Source: a bacterium
GTDB taxonomy: Bacteria; Bacteroidota; Ignavibacteria; UBA10030
Direction of reading: 5' to 3'
Assembly: GCA_043803945.1 (NCBI GenBank)
Contig: JAZDJN010000002.1
Coordinates: forward strand, 1 to 36,212
Length of the DNA stretch: 36,212 bases
The notes below the pieces were generated by a model. The model was not told where the DNA came from and searched no databases. It worked only from the letters and a program-made list of their open reading frames with translations. Below are positions 1 to 9,678 of the stretch, one piece after another. Position 1 is the first letter of the stretch. Each line of letters begins with the position of its first letter. The position numbers were made by a program, and so were the translations under genes.

Positions 1-187
1 AAGAATATGAAGGAAAAATGAAAAATATTTTCCTTCCAATGTACAATGGAGTTGAAATCCCTAACAGCTTATTTTTCGCGTAACTCTTTTATTTCAAAGA
101 ACATATAGCATCGCTACTCTCCGTTAACCGGACAGTAGTGCTGGTGATCCGTCAGTGACCATCAGGCTTGACCGTGAGCATCAGGTT

Positions 188-397
188 ATGAAGATTGTCA
201 AAAAAGATCCCTCAGGCGGGGAATCTGTTTATCGTATGATCCGGGAGAATGGTAAATCCCTCATCAAAGACCAGCAAAATCATATCCTTTTCCAATGCAC
301 ATCGACTGAAGATGGCGGCCTCATCCTGAAAGATGCGGCAGGGGCTGTTGTTTCAACATACTCCGCATTACAGTTGGCATCGCTCTATCGCGAATAA
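188..397 (+). CDS. Small hypothetical protein (~69 aa)
   Basis: ORF (track start GTG 155; ATG 188 gives MKIVKKDPSGG...) followed by a clear intrinsic terminator. No recognisable domain. Confidence 0.55.
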   Translation: MKIVKKDPSGGESVYRMIRENGKSLIKDQQNHILFQCTSTEDGGLILKDAAGAVVSTYSALQLASLYRE

Positions 398-432
398 ACA
401 TTTTTCTCTTTTATTGTGGAATTCAGTATACC

Positions 433-462
433 AGCCTTCGGGAATCCGAGGGCTTTTGTTTT
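433..462 (+). terminator. Rho-independent terminator
   Basis: AGCCTTCGG-gaat-CCGAGGGCT stem followed by a T-rich tail (TTTGTTTT), downstream of the 188..397 ORF. Confidence 0.7.
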
Positions 463-726
463 GCACTTTCTGTAACGCCCCCTGGAATCGTTGATAAAGA
501 AAATATTATTGGTATTGACTCATGGGGATTCATTTGCGTAATTTCACCTGAGGCAGCAATTCAAAGCTTGCCGTAGAGCATCTGAATCATCGTGCAGTCA
601 GCGGCTGATGCATGCTGATGGAATGGCAGCCCGGATAAAGAAAACACTACAGTGCATACGATGTGCACCGGTCGTATTCGTTTTCGTTTAACACTCTGCA
701 CGAGTGCTGACACAGGAAGTAGTCTG

Positions 727-3700
727 ATGAAACGAGAGCCACCCACGAAGAAGAGTAATAAAAAACGGATATCCGGCTGGCTGGATGAATCGAGAAAACC
801 GAAGAAACCTTCTCCTCCCCGGAAGAAGACGCGAAGCCTCTCACCCGAACAACAATCATCCGCAGCACTCGACGACAACCAGAATGCCCTCTTGCGCCGA
901 GCCATTCAATCTGTTCTTACTGCATTGAAGGGTGTTGGTGAATCGTACTTTGCATCGTTAATCATTTCGCTCGCTGAAGTATTGGATGTCCGGTATGCTT
1001 TTGTGGGCCGATGCGTCGGCCTCTCTGCCAGTCGGGTGAGAACCATTTCGGTATGCGATCGTACAACCATTCTCGATAATATTGAATATGATCTGGTCGG
1101 GACGCCCTGCTCAACGATTGTTGGAACAGGGCCCCGCTTTTATCCTGCCAATGTGAAAGAGTTATTTCCAACAGACCAGACACTCGTTGAGTTGAATGTT
1201 GAATCGTATCTCGGAGTACCGCTCTTGTCACGTTCGGGGCAGATTCTCGGCTTATTGACGGTGATGGACGACCGTCCAATGATCGAGTCAAACGTGGCTT
1301 CCAGTTTACTGCAATTGTTCGCGACGCGTGCCGGAGCCGAACTGGAACGATTACAAATGGTGCAGATGCTCAAAGAGAGTGAACAGAGATTCAGAATTCT
1401 GGCAGAGGCCAGTTTTGAAGGAGTCGGTATCGCCGAGGATGGTATCCTCATTGAGGTGAATGATCAACTTGCCGAGATGGTCGGCTATCACCGTGCTGAG
1501 CTGATCGGGAAACCTGTCATGGAAATATTCGCTCCGGAATCGCTAACCCTGGCTCAACCTGCATTCCGCGAAGGTTCTCAGACACCCTCCGTGTTGTTAT
1601 TCAGAAATAAAGAGGGAAATACGCTTCCGGTTGAAGTACGTGTCCGGGTAGAGAAAATCGGCGGCAAGCAAGTCCATATGATGGCGATTCAAGGCCTCAC
1701 TGAGCGGATTGCGGCAGAAGAATCTCTCCGCCGTTCCGAAGAAAAATTTTCAAAGGCATTCCATACCTCCCCCGATGCCATCAACATCAACCGGCTGCGT
1801 GATGGGTTGTTTTTAGATGTCAATGAAGGATTTACTGCACTGACCGGATATTCTCTTGCCGATGTCAAAGGGAAATCATCGTTGGAAATCGAACTCTGGG
1901 CGGACCCGAATGATCGATCCGTTCTTATCCAGACGCTTCTGTCAAAAGGAGAGGTCAGCAATTATGAAGCGCCGTTTCGTTACAAGAATGGACGCATTGC
2001 CATCGGACTGATGTCAGCCCGTATCATCGAAATGATTGGAGAAGTGTGTATCCTCTCCATCACAAGAGATATTTCGGAGCGCCGCAGGGCTGAAGCTGCT
2101 CTGAAGGAAAGTGAACAGCGCTTTAGAACACTTGCCGAAGCAGCGTTCGAAGGAATAGCCTTATCGGAGAAGGGAATTTTTATCGATCTCAATGACCAGC
2201 TTGCCCGAATGTTGGGCGGAGAACAATCGGATTTTATCGGACGGCCAGTCCTCGATTTTATCGCATCGGAATCGCAGGCAAAAGGCCTCGAGGCCGCTGA
2301 ACAAGACCGCCGTGAACCGTATGAATTAAGGCTCATACGTCTCGACTGGAAAACAATCCCGGTCGAAGTGCGAGCACGAATGATCGACCTTGGCGGCCGG
2401 CGGATTCGTGTCTCAGCAATACGTGATATTACCGAACGGAAACAATTTGAATCCGAGATGAAATCGTCGGAAGAAGCACTCCGCCTGAGTGAAAATAGGT
2501 TACGCCAGGTGATCGATCTGGTTCCTCACTTTGTGTTCGCGAAGGATATCAACGGGAAATTTATCCTGGTGAACAAAGCCGTGGCAGATGCCTACGGCAC
2601 AACGGTAGAAAAACTCATAGGCAAGACGGATGCCGACTTTGATCAATCGGAGACGGAGGTACATCATTTCCGCGAAGACGACCTTGAAGTGATCCGGAGG
2701 AATGAACCGAAAGTTATTCCGGAGGAGAGAATTACCGACTCGGAGGGCAAGCTCCATTACCTCCAGACAATAAAAATTCCCTTTACCTTTTCAGGTGCTT
2801 CGACACCGGCAATTCTTGGAACGTCGGTTGATATTACAAATTGGAAAAGGGCAGAGGAGATACTTCGTGAAAGTGAACTTCGCTACCGTTCGGTTGTGGA
2901 GAATACCAGCGATGCCATTTTCACCGTTGATCGGCAGGGAACATTTCTCATGGTGAATAAAGCGGCATCCCAGTTCCTGAATCAACAGTCAGATGGTGTG
3001 ATTGGAAAGACAATGTGGGAATTGTTCCCCAAGGCCTTTGCAGATCGGCAGATGGAAAAAATCCGCGAGGTATTTGAAACAGGGAACGAAATTGTGACTG
3101 AATATCCCACCACGCTCGATGAGAATGATCGATGGTTCAGCACGAAGCTCGAACCAGTTTTTGATGCTGCGAATAACGTGTCTGCTGTCCAGGGTTTTAC
3201 TCGAGATACTACCGAACGGAGGAATTCTGAGGAGGTGCTTCGCCGCACTCAAAAAATGGAAAGCCTGGGTCTGCTTGCCGGCGGTATTGCGCACGATTTT
3301 AACAACCTGCTGCAGGCTATCAGCGGACAGATCCATTTGGCACTCTCCAAGATGCCTGTCGAAGATCCGAATTACCAGCATCTGGCCAAGGCCGAAAAAA
3401 CCACCGATCGTGCGGCTGACCTCACAAAACAACTTCTGGCATATTCAGGCCGGGGAAAGTTTAATATCCAGGAGATGGATCTGAATACATTAATCCAGGA
3501 GAATGTGAGGCTGCTGGAGGTCGGCATTCCCAAGAACGTACACCTGAATCTTGAGCTCTCATCCACGCCAATGAATGTACGGGCCGATATTGCACAGATG
3601 CAGCAAGTGATTATGAATCTCATTATCAACGCTGCTGAAGCAATGGAAGGCCATATAGGTGAAATTCATCTGCGGACAACGAGAATGGAGATTCACAAGG

Positions 3701-4443
3701 AGGAGTTAATCCGGTGGAGATGCAATGAAATCGATTTTCAATCCGGTGACTATGTTGTCCTTGAAGTGGCTGATGATGGCTGCGGTATGAGCGATGAAAT
3801 ACTGCATAAAATCTTCGATCCCTTTTTTACAACAAAGTTTACAGGGCGCGGCCTCGGCCTTGCGGCAGTACTTGGAATTATTCTTGGTCATGGCGGAGGA
3901 TTGCAGGTTGAGAGTGCACCTGCGGGGGGCACGATTTTCCGAATCGCCCTCGCCTCCATCGGTGAAGTTGATGTACCGAAAATATCAGAGAGAAGAGTGC
4001 CCGAGCAAAAACAGTTTCATGGAGTAATCCTTCTTATAGATGACGAAAAAGATATCCGGGAGCTCTTTGCCGATATTGCAGCCGATCAAGGATTTCAAGT
4101 ACTCACGGCCCAAGACGGCGAAATGGGAATTGAATGCTATAAAGCTCATCAAAATACAGTTGACCTTGTTCTGCTCGATCTCTCCATGCCGGGAATTGGG
4201 GGCGAGGAGACTCTCCATCGTTTGCAATCTCTGAACCCTGGAGTAAAGATTATCCTTTGCTCGGGATATACGGCGGAGGATGCAGTGAATCGTTTCCAGC
4301 AAATACATCCCACAGGTTTTCTCCAAAAACCGTATAATTGGGAAACGGTGGTCGAAATGATGCAGCAGACAATCGGTCATTCTACTCCGGGAACTTCCGG
4401 GAATGACACTTCAATGCAGTCATCGCCTCAGACAACAGGGTGA
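727..4443 (+). CDS. Hybrid sensor histidine kinase/response regulator (GAF, ~5 PAS, HisKA, HATPase, REC)
   Basis: GAF-like YLGVPLLSRSGQILG. Repeated ESEQRFR/SEEKF...DITERK PAS blocks. H-box GGIAHDFNNLL, N-box QVIMNLIINAAEA, G1 DDGCGM, F/G2 FDPFFTTKFTGRGLGL. C-terminal REC (LIDDE, LLDLSMP, KPY). Start uncertain (ORF opens at 652; ATG 727 chosen). Confidence 0.93.
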   Translation: MKREPPTKKSNKKRISGWLDESRKPKKPSPPRKKTRSLSPEQQSSAALDDNQNALLRRAIQSVLTALKGVGESYFASLIISLAEVLDVRYAFVGRCVGLSASRVRTISVCDRTTILDNIEYDLVGTPCSTIVGTGPRFYPANVKELFPTDQTLVELNVESYLGVPLLSRSGQILGLLTVMDDRPMIESNVASSLLQLFATRAGAELERLQMVQMLKESEQRFRILAEASFEGVGIAEDGILIEVNDQLAEMVGYHRAELIGKPVMEIFAPESLTLAQPAFREGSQTPSVLLFRNKEGNTLPVEVRVRVEKIGGKQVHMMAIQGLTERIAAEESLRRSEEKFSKAFHTSPDAININRLRDGLFLDVNEGFTALTGYSLADVKGKSSLEIELWADPNDRSVLIQTLLSKGEVSNYEAPFRYKNGRIAIGLMSARIIEMIGEVCILSITRDISERRRAEAALKESEQRFRTLAEAAFEGIALSEKGIFIDLNDQLARMLGGEQSDFIGRPVLDFIASESQAKGLEAAEQDRREPYELRLIRLDWKTIPVEVRARMIDLGGRRIRVSAIRDITERKQFESEMKSSEEALRLSENRLRQVIDLVPHFVFAKDINGKFILVNKAVADAYGTTVEKLIGKTDADFDQSETEVHHFREDDLEVIRRNEPKVIPEERITDSEGKLHYLQTIKIPFTFSGASTPAILGTSVDITNWKRAEEILRESELRYRSVVENTSDAIFTVDRQGTFLMVNKAASQFLNQQSDGVIGKTMWELFPKAFADRQMEKIREVFETGNEIVTEYPTTLDENDRWFSTKLEPVFDAANNVSAVQGFTRDTTERRNSEEVLRRTQKMESLGLLAGGIAHDFNNLLQAISGQIHLALSKMPVEDPNYQHLAKAEKTTDRAADLTKQLLAYSGRGKFNIQEMDLNTLIQENVRLLEVGIPKNVHLNLELSSTPMNVRADIAQMQQVIMNLIINAAEAMEGHIGEIHLRTTRMEIHKEELIRWRCNEIDFQSGDYVVLEVADDGCGMSDEILHKIFDPFFTTKFTGRGLGLAAVLGIILGHGGGLQVESAPAGGTIFRIALASIGEVDVPKISERRVPEQKQFHGVILLIDDEKDIRELFADIAADQGFQVLTAQDGEMGIECYKAHQNTVDLVLLDLSMPGIGGEETLHRLQSLNPGVKIILCSGYTAEDAVNRFQQIHPTGFLQKPYNWETVVEMMQQTIGHSTPGTSGNDTSMQSSPQTTG

Positions 4444-5405
4444 AGATGATTCCAATAAAAATTCATATCGTTCTCAATCCCTCTTCTGCAGCCGGAAATA
4501 CGGGAAAACACAAAGACGAAATCCTGGCTCTTCTCTCCCGTTCATTCACCTTTCCGATGAGCGTGTGTATCACGCGCGCCCCGCTGGAAGCAACGGCATC
4601 GGTAAGAGCAGCAATTCAAGATGGCGCCGAATTAATTATTGCTGTCGGGGGCGATGGTACTGTCCAGGAGGTGGTCAATGGATTCTTCATCGATGGTAAG
4701 ATGCAGAAGCAGGTAAGGTTGGGGGTCATCTCAAGCGGCACGGCTCAGGATGTGGCGAAAAACTTAGGCCTTCCAAGAACTCTTGAGCAGCAGATTCAGG
4801 TAGTTGCCGGAGAGAAGGATCGGGCAATTGATATCGGGAGGGTGGAGTATAGCGATCTCACGGGTAATCGGATTGAGCGTTTTTTTATTAATGAATGCCA
4901 GGCTGGCATCGCAGCCGTGGTAGTCAAACGTGTACTCCAGAAGCATAAGCGCTTTGGCGGATTTCTTGGTTTTGGACTGGTCGCCGTCTCGACGCTTACA
5001 ACATACCATTCCCATCGGGTCACAGTGACAGTTGATGATACTCCTGTGCCGGTGGATACTGTACTCGGAGTGGTGGTGGCCAATGGAAATTATGCCGGTG
5101 GAGGTATGTGCTTTGCTCCAAAAGCTCGGGTGGATGATGGGATATTTGACGTCGTGATCATCCACGATATGAAGACCCTCTCACGGTTAATGAATTTTCC
5201 AAAAATTTATTTGGGCAAACATATCAATCTTCCGGCGATTACCTACAGACACGGGAAGCATGTAACGATAACTTCCCCGGAGGAAGTACTGGTCGAAGCA
5301 GATGGCGAACTGCTCGGAATGCTGCCGATAACAGTCGATCTCATTCCATCTGCATTGATGCTGAAAACATCCGTCATTGGTTCTGCTCTTCATGGTGACT
5401 CCTGA
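4440..5405 (+). CDS. Diacylglycerol/sphingosine kinase family lipid kinase (YegS/BmrU-like)
   Basis: VLNPSS, VGGDGT, GTAQD, IDIG, VANGNYAGGGM, DDGIFDV and EADGE motifs. GTG start overlaps the kinase TGA. Confidence 0.9.
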   Translation: MKMIPIKIHIVLNPSSAAGNTGKHKDEILALLSRSFTFPMSVCITRAPLEATASVRAAIQDGAELIIAVGGDGTVQEVVNGFFIDGKMQKQVRLGVISSGTAQDVAKNLGLPRTLEQQIQVVAGEKDRAIDIGRVEYSDLTGNRIERFFINECQAGIAAVVVKRVLQKHKRFGGFLGFGLVAVSTLTTYHSHRVTVTVDDTPVPVDTVLGVVVANGNYAGGGMCFAPKARVDDGIFDVVIIHDMKTLSRLMNFPKIYLGKHINLPAITYRHGKHVTITSPEEVLVEADGELLGMLPITVDLIPSALMLKTSVIGSALHGDS

Positions 5406-5450
5406 CGGCAACTATGTGTTGATGTTCTCTCCATTGAAAGGAACAGTATC

Positions 5451-6293
5451 ATGAATCTTCAAGCACGAACTGCTTTGATCACCGGCGGCGCTATGGGGAT
5501 AGGCCTTGCCACAGCCAAGCGTCTGCTTCGTGAGGGATGTACTGTAACGATCTGGGATCTCAACCATCAAGCACTGGAGGCAGCAAGGGGCGAGCTTTTA
5601 TCGATCGGTGGCAAAGTCTTCCTTCACAAGTGCGATGTAACAGATAATTCACAAGTCAAAGAGCTTGCTCTTGTAGCGAGGAGGGAGATGGGCAGTGTCG
5701 ATATCCTGATCAATAACGCGGGCTATGTGGCAGGGGGAGATTTTCTTGATCGGCCAATCGAAGAATGGGAGAAGACAATACAAGTAAATATTACAGCGCT
5801 GCTGTATACGACCCATGTTTTTCTACCGGAGATGTATGCGAGGAATTGCGGTCATATCGTGAATATTTCGTCGGCGGCGGGCACCATCGGAGTGCCTGGA
5901 TTGTCAGTCTATGCTGCATCGAAATGGGCAGTATGGGGGCTGACGGAATCACTGAGACTTGAGGCATTCAACCATCGGAAGGATGGTGTTAAGTACTCCA
6001 GCATTCATCCCGGATACATCGCGCATGGAATGTTCGAGGGTGCAAAGCTCGGCTTTCCGGGAAAACTCATCGTTCCGCTGGTTCGTGACCATGATGTGAT
6101 TGCCCAGGCGATCGTAGAATCTGCACTCAAAAAAGAACGGTACTCTCCAAAACGGCCTCGTACGATTAACCTCAACCTCCGGTTTCGGGCCCTTATGCCC
6201 GATTCATGGTTCCAGCGTTTCCTAGTTCTGATGGGAGTGGCAGGAAGTATGAAAACCTGGTACGGAAGAGGGGCGCAATCGGCATCAAAATGA
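5451..6293 (+). CDS. SDR family NAD(P)-dependent oxidoreductase
   Basis: TGGAMGIG Rossmann motif, NNAG, NISS and catalytic YAASK. AAGGA RBS upstream. Confidence 0.92.
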   Translation: MNLQARTALITGGAMGIGLATAKRLLREGCTVTIWDLNHQALEAARGELLSIGGKVFLHKCDVTDNSQVKELALVARREMGSVDILINNAGYVAGGDFLDRPIEEWEKTIQVNITALLYTTHVFLPEMYARNCGHIVNISSAAGTIGVPGLSVYAASKWAVWGLTESLRLEAFNHRKDGVKYSSIHPGYIAHGMFEGAKLGFPGKLIVPLVRDHDVIAQAIVESALKKERYSPKRPRTINLNLRFRALMPDSWFQRFLVLMGVAGSMKTWYGRGAQSASK

Positions 6294-6315
6294 CGTACTC
6301 AGAGAATTGTGAAAA

Positions 6316-7890
6316 ATGTATATCCAAAGGAAGAAAATGACAATCTCGAAAAATCCTGCTACGCAGGAAATTCTGGGAGAGATCCCTGAACAGAGTGTTG
6401 AAGAACTCCATCACGCCGTTCGGTTGGCCCGGATCGCTCAATTGGAGTGGGCACAGCGCAGCACCAAGGAACGGGCACGTTGTCTCTATAAGATGAGGGA
6501 TTATCTTGTCGATCATATCGACGAGATCGCCGGGATCATCTCAAAGGAAACAGGAAAGACCAGAATGGATGCGCTCAGCACCGAAGTTCTTTCTACCGCC
6601 ATGGCTATCACCTATTACGCAAAGAGTGCACGTCGGGTTCTGAAGAGGAAAAGGCTGGGAGCCGGCAATCTCCTGACAATCAATAAGCGTTCTTCGATCG
6701 AACGGGTGCCGTTCGGGGTTGTCGGGATCATCAGCCCATGGAATTATCCATTCGGTATTCCCTTCCATGAAATAGCCATGGCGTTGATTACAGGAAATGG
6801 CGTCGTACTGAAAGTTGCATCAAACACACTGCTCGTTGGCAATGCAATCCGCGAGGTCGTTGCTGCAGGCGGTATTCCATCCAATCTTTTTCATCTCATC
6901 AACCTCCCGGGAAGTGTGGCCGGAGATGCATTCCTCGAATCGGGAATTAACAAGCTCTTCTTCACTGGCTCTGTCGCCGTAGGGAAGCAGCTTATGGCAA
7001 AAGCGGCAGAACGGCTAATTCCGGTTTCACTTGAGCTTGGAGGAAACGATGCAATGATTGTCTGCCGTGATGCAAACATTCATCGTGCTGCCGGTGGTGC
7101 GCTCTGGGCTGGACTTTCCAATGCCGGGCAGTCTTGTGCCGGCGTGGAACGCCTTTTTGTTGAGAAAGAAATTTATGACTCCTTCGTGAAAGAATTGAAA
7201 CAACGCCTCGACACATTGACGCAGGGTGTCGATCGGGATTGGGATGTTGACATTGGATCGCTGACCACCGAGCAACAATTCAAGAAGGTCTCGTCGCATG
7301 TCGAAGATGCGGTGAACAAAGGAGCATCGGTGTATCCTTCAATGGATGTCCTGAAGAAGAAGACGCACGGGCTGTTTTATCCTCCGGTCCTTCTCGAGAA
7401 TGTGGATGACTCTATGACGGTGATGCAGGAAGAAATTTTTGGGCCCGTCATCGCAATCAGGAAAGTTGAGAACATCGATGAAGCGATCACGATGGCGAAC
7501 AATTCCTCGCTGGGATTATCGGCATCCGTCTGGACAACAGACCGACGGAAGGGACGATCGATCGCCTCTCGCCTGGAGAGCGGTGCTGTCATGATCAATG
7601 ATCATTTAATGAGCCATGGGCTTGCCGAAACACCGTGGGGTGGATTCAAGGAATCTGGCATCGGACGAACGCACAGTGAGCTTGGTCTGGAAGAAATGAC
7701 ACAGCCAAGAGTCGTCATCGACGACATCCTCCCGGGAGTCCAAAAGAATATGTGGTGGTATCCGCACAACAAAGCGGTGTATGAAGGCCTCCGCGGAGCA
7801 CTCTATTTTCTCTACTCAAAGGATCTTCTGTTGCGCATTCGCGGTGGAATGAAATTAGTCAGAGTATTTCTTAGAACCTTTACCCGATAG
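6316..7890 (+). CDS. Aldehyde dehydrogenase family protein
   Basis: ISPWNYP, FTGS, ELGGND, catalytic GQSC, EEIFGP and PWGGFKESGIG motifs. Start may be ATG 6337. Confidence 0.93.
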   Translation: MYIQRKKMTISKNPATQEILGEIPEQSVEELHHAVRLARIAQLEWAQRSTKERARCLYKMRDYLVDHIDEIAGIISKETGKTRMDALSTEVLSTAMAITYYAKSARRVLKRKRLGAGNLLTINKRSSIERVPFGVVGIISPWNYPFGIPFHEIAMALITGNGVVLKVASNTLLVGNAIREVVAAGGIPSNLFHLINLPGSVAGDAFLESGINKLFFTGSVAVGKQLMAKAAERLIPVSLELGGNDAMIVCRDANIHRAAGGALWAGLSNAGQSCAGVERLFVEKEIYDSFVKELKQRLDTLTQGVDRDWDVDIGSLTTEQQFKKVSSHVEDAVNKGASVYPSMDVLKKKTHGLFYPPVLLENVDDSMTVMQEEIFGPVIAIRKVENIDEAITMANNSSLGLSASVWTTDRRKGRSIASRLESGAVMINDHLMSHGLAETPWGGFKESGIGRTHSELGLEEMTQPRVVIDDILPGVQKNMWWYPHNKAVYEGLRGALYFLYSKDLLLRIRGGMKLVRVFLRTFTR

Positions 7891-7910
7891 TATTTGATGG
7901 AGGTAAAACA

Positions 7911-8666
7911 GTGAAACAGTGGTACGAGACATTATTTGAAAACTATGCAACTACCTACGACAAGGAAACATTCACACAAGGGACTTTTGGAGAAGTCGAC
8001 TTTATTGAGCAGGAGGTCGGATTCAATAAATCGATCCGCATCCTTGATATTGGATGCGGTACCGGGCGTCACGTCATCGAATTAGCGCGTCGCGGTTATA
8101 CGGTCACCGGCATTGATCTCTCCGAATCGCAATTAACAAAAGCCAGGGAAAAAGCTCATGAGGCAGGAGTACAGGCTCTCTTCCTGCAGAGAGATGCGAG
8201 ATCCTCATCATTCAATGCTGAATTTGATCTCGTCGAGATTATCTGTGAGGGGGGATTTGCCCTGATGGAGACCGACGAAATGAACTTCGCTATTCTCCGT
8301 GGCGCATCTGATGCTTTACAAGAGCATGGCAAACTCATTCTCACCACACTCAATGCTCTCTACCCACTGTACCATTCAGTAAAGGATTTCATCAACCAAT
8401 CAACTGTAACCGGTACAACGTCGGGCGACACATTTGATGTCATGACATTTCGTAACCATTCCACCTTTACGGTGACGGATGATCTGGGTGTCACAAAAGA
8501 ACTCAAATGTAATGAGCGGCATTATGCACCCTCGGAAATGACATGGCTGCTTCGATCTCTGGGCTTTCAACAAGTAGAGATATTCGGTTGTCCGCTGGGT
8601 GCATGGAATCGAGCGACTCCGCTCACAACGGACGACTTTGAAATGCTTGTGGTTGCGACGAGATAG
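7911..8666 (+). CDS. Class I SAM-dependent methyltransferase
   Basis: ILDIGCGTGRH motif I, VTGIDLS, and a GGAGG RBS before the GTG start. Confidence 0.9.
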   Translation: MKQWYETLFENYATTYDKETFTQGTFGEVDFIEQEVGFNKSIRILDIGCGTGRHVIELARRGYTVTGIDLSESQLTKAREKAHEAGVQALFLQRDARSSSFNAEFDLVEIICEGGFALMETDEMNFAILRGASDALQEHGKLILTTLNALYPLYHSVKDFINQSTVTGTTSGDTFDVMTFRNHSTFTVTDDLGVTKELKCNERHYAPSEMTWLLRSLGFQQVEIFGCPLGAWNRATPLTTDDFEMLVVATR

Positions 8667-8688
8667 GGTGGGCAGTCCTCTTTCAAAA

Positions 8689-8717
8689 GAAAAGCCCGAC
8701 CTCTGTCGGGCTTTTTC
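8689..8717. terminator. Bidirectional intrinsic terminator
   Basis: AAAAGCCCGAC-ctct-GTCGGGCTTTT perfect inverted repeat between convergent genes. Confidence 0.85.
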
Positions 8718-8738
8718 GATTCTTTGGATTCGTTTATG

Positions 8739-9431
8739 CTATTGTGAATTCTTGTTCGTTTTAACCGGAAGGGAATAGACTTTCATTCCCTTTACTTTAT
8801 CGCTGTATTGTTCCATCCTGAATTCGGGAAGCTTTCGGAGGATATCGGCAATACGCTTAATACCCTCTTCCGCTTGCAGGAGCAATTCTTTCGACTCTTC
8901 ATTCGTGAATGGTTCAGATGCGATGAGCCGGGAAAACGCGTATTCGATCGCGGCAAGAGGATTGTTTAACTCGTGGTGTACTGTCCGTATGATATTCCCA
9001 ATTGCATCGAGGCGCTGTGCTGAAATTTCGGCTCTCGTCACGCGCTCGCGATACCGTTTCCGCTCCAGAGCAGAGAAAATCGATTTTTCAAGCACCAGCA
9101 AATTTCCCAGATCCATTTTCGAAATGAAGTCGTCGGCGCCGATTCTGTAGACCTCCTGCACAACCTTGATGTCGTGTGTTCCTGAAACACAAATAACAAT
9201 CGAGTTAACATCGATGGAGCGAATGGTGTTAAGAAATTCGGATCCGTTCATCCCGGGGAGGTAGTAATCGAGCAAAATAACATCGTAGGTCGCCTCCTTG
9301 GAAATTAGTTCGAGCGCTTCCTCTGCGGAGCTGGCAACCTCCGTCTTAAAACCAACTCGTTCCAATACTTCTTGAAAGATATGGGAATAGCTCGGCTCGT
9401 CCTCTACAATGAGTACTGAATAGTGCTCCAT
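8739..9431 (-). CDS. Response regulator receiver fused to a HisKA dimerisation domain, with no ATPase domain
   Basis: REC (IVEDE, LLDYYLP, GADDFISK) followed by H-box TVHHELNNPL. The protein ends about 70 aa later with no N/G boxes. Confidence 0.85.
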   Translation of the reverse strand: MEHYSVLIVEDEPSYSHIFQEVLERVGFKTEVASSAEEALELISKEATYDVILLDYYLPGMNGSEFLNTIRSIDVNSIVICVSGTHDIKVVQEVYRIGADDFISKMDLGNLLVLEKSIFSALERKRYRERVTRAEISAQRLDAIGNIIRTVHHELNNPLAAIEYAFSRLIASEPFTNEESKELLLQAEEGIKRIADILRKLPEFRMEQYSDKVKGMKVYSLPVKTNKNSQ

Positions 9432-9678
9432 CGTTCCCCTCTCGCTCCTTATGAGATACAGATTAAACTATTAAAAAGATACAATCTTTTTAGGGAAATC
9501 AAAATGGTGTTTTTAAAAAGAAAATCCAGCCGGTTTTGGTAACGGGAATTTTCTCGATATTCTTCAGCTAACCGGGAGATCACTGTCATAATAAGCTTAT
9601 GAAGTGTTGGCATTCAGCTTAGGATTTCTTATTTTGCACATAGTCACTTGCATTCATGGGTATGGGGGATTCAAAAGA

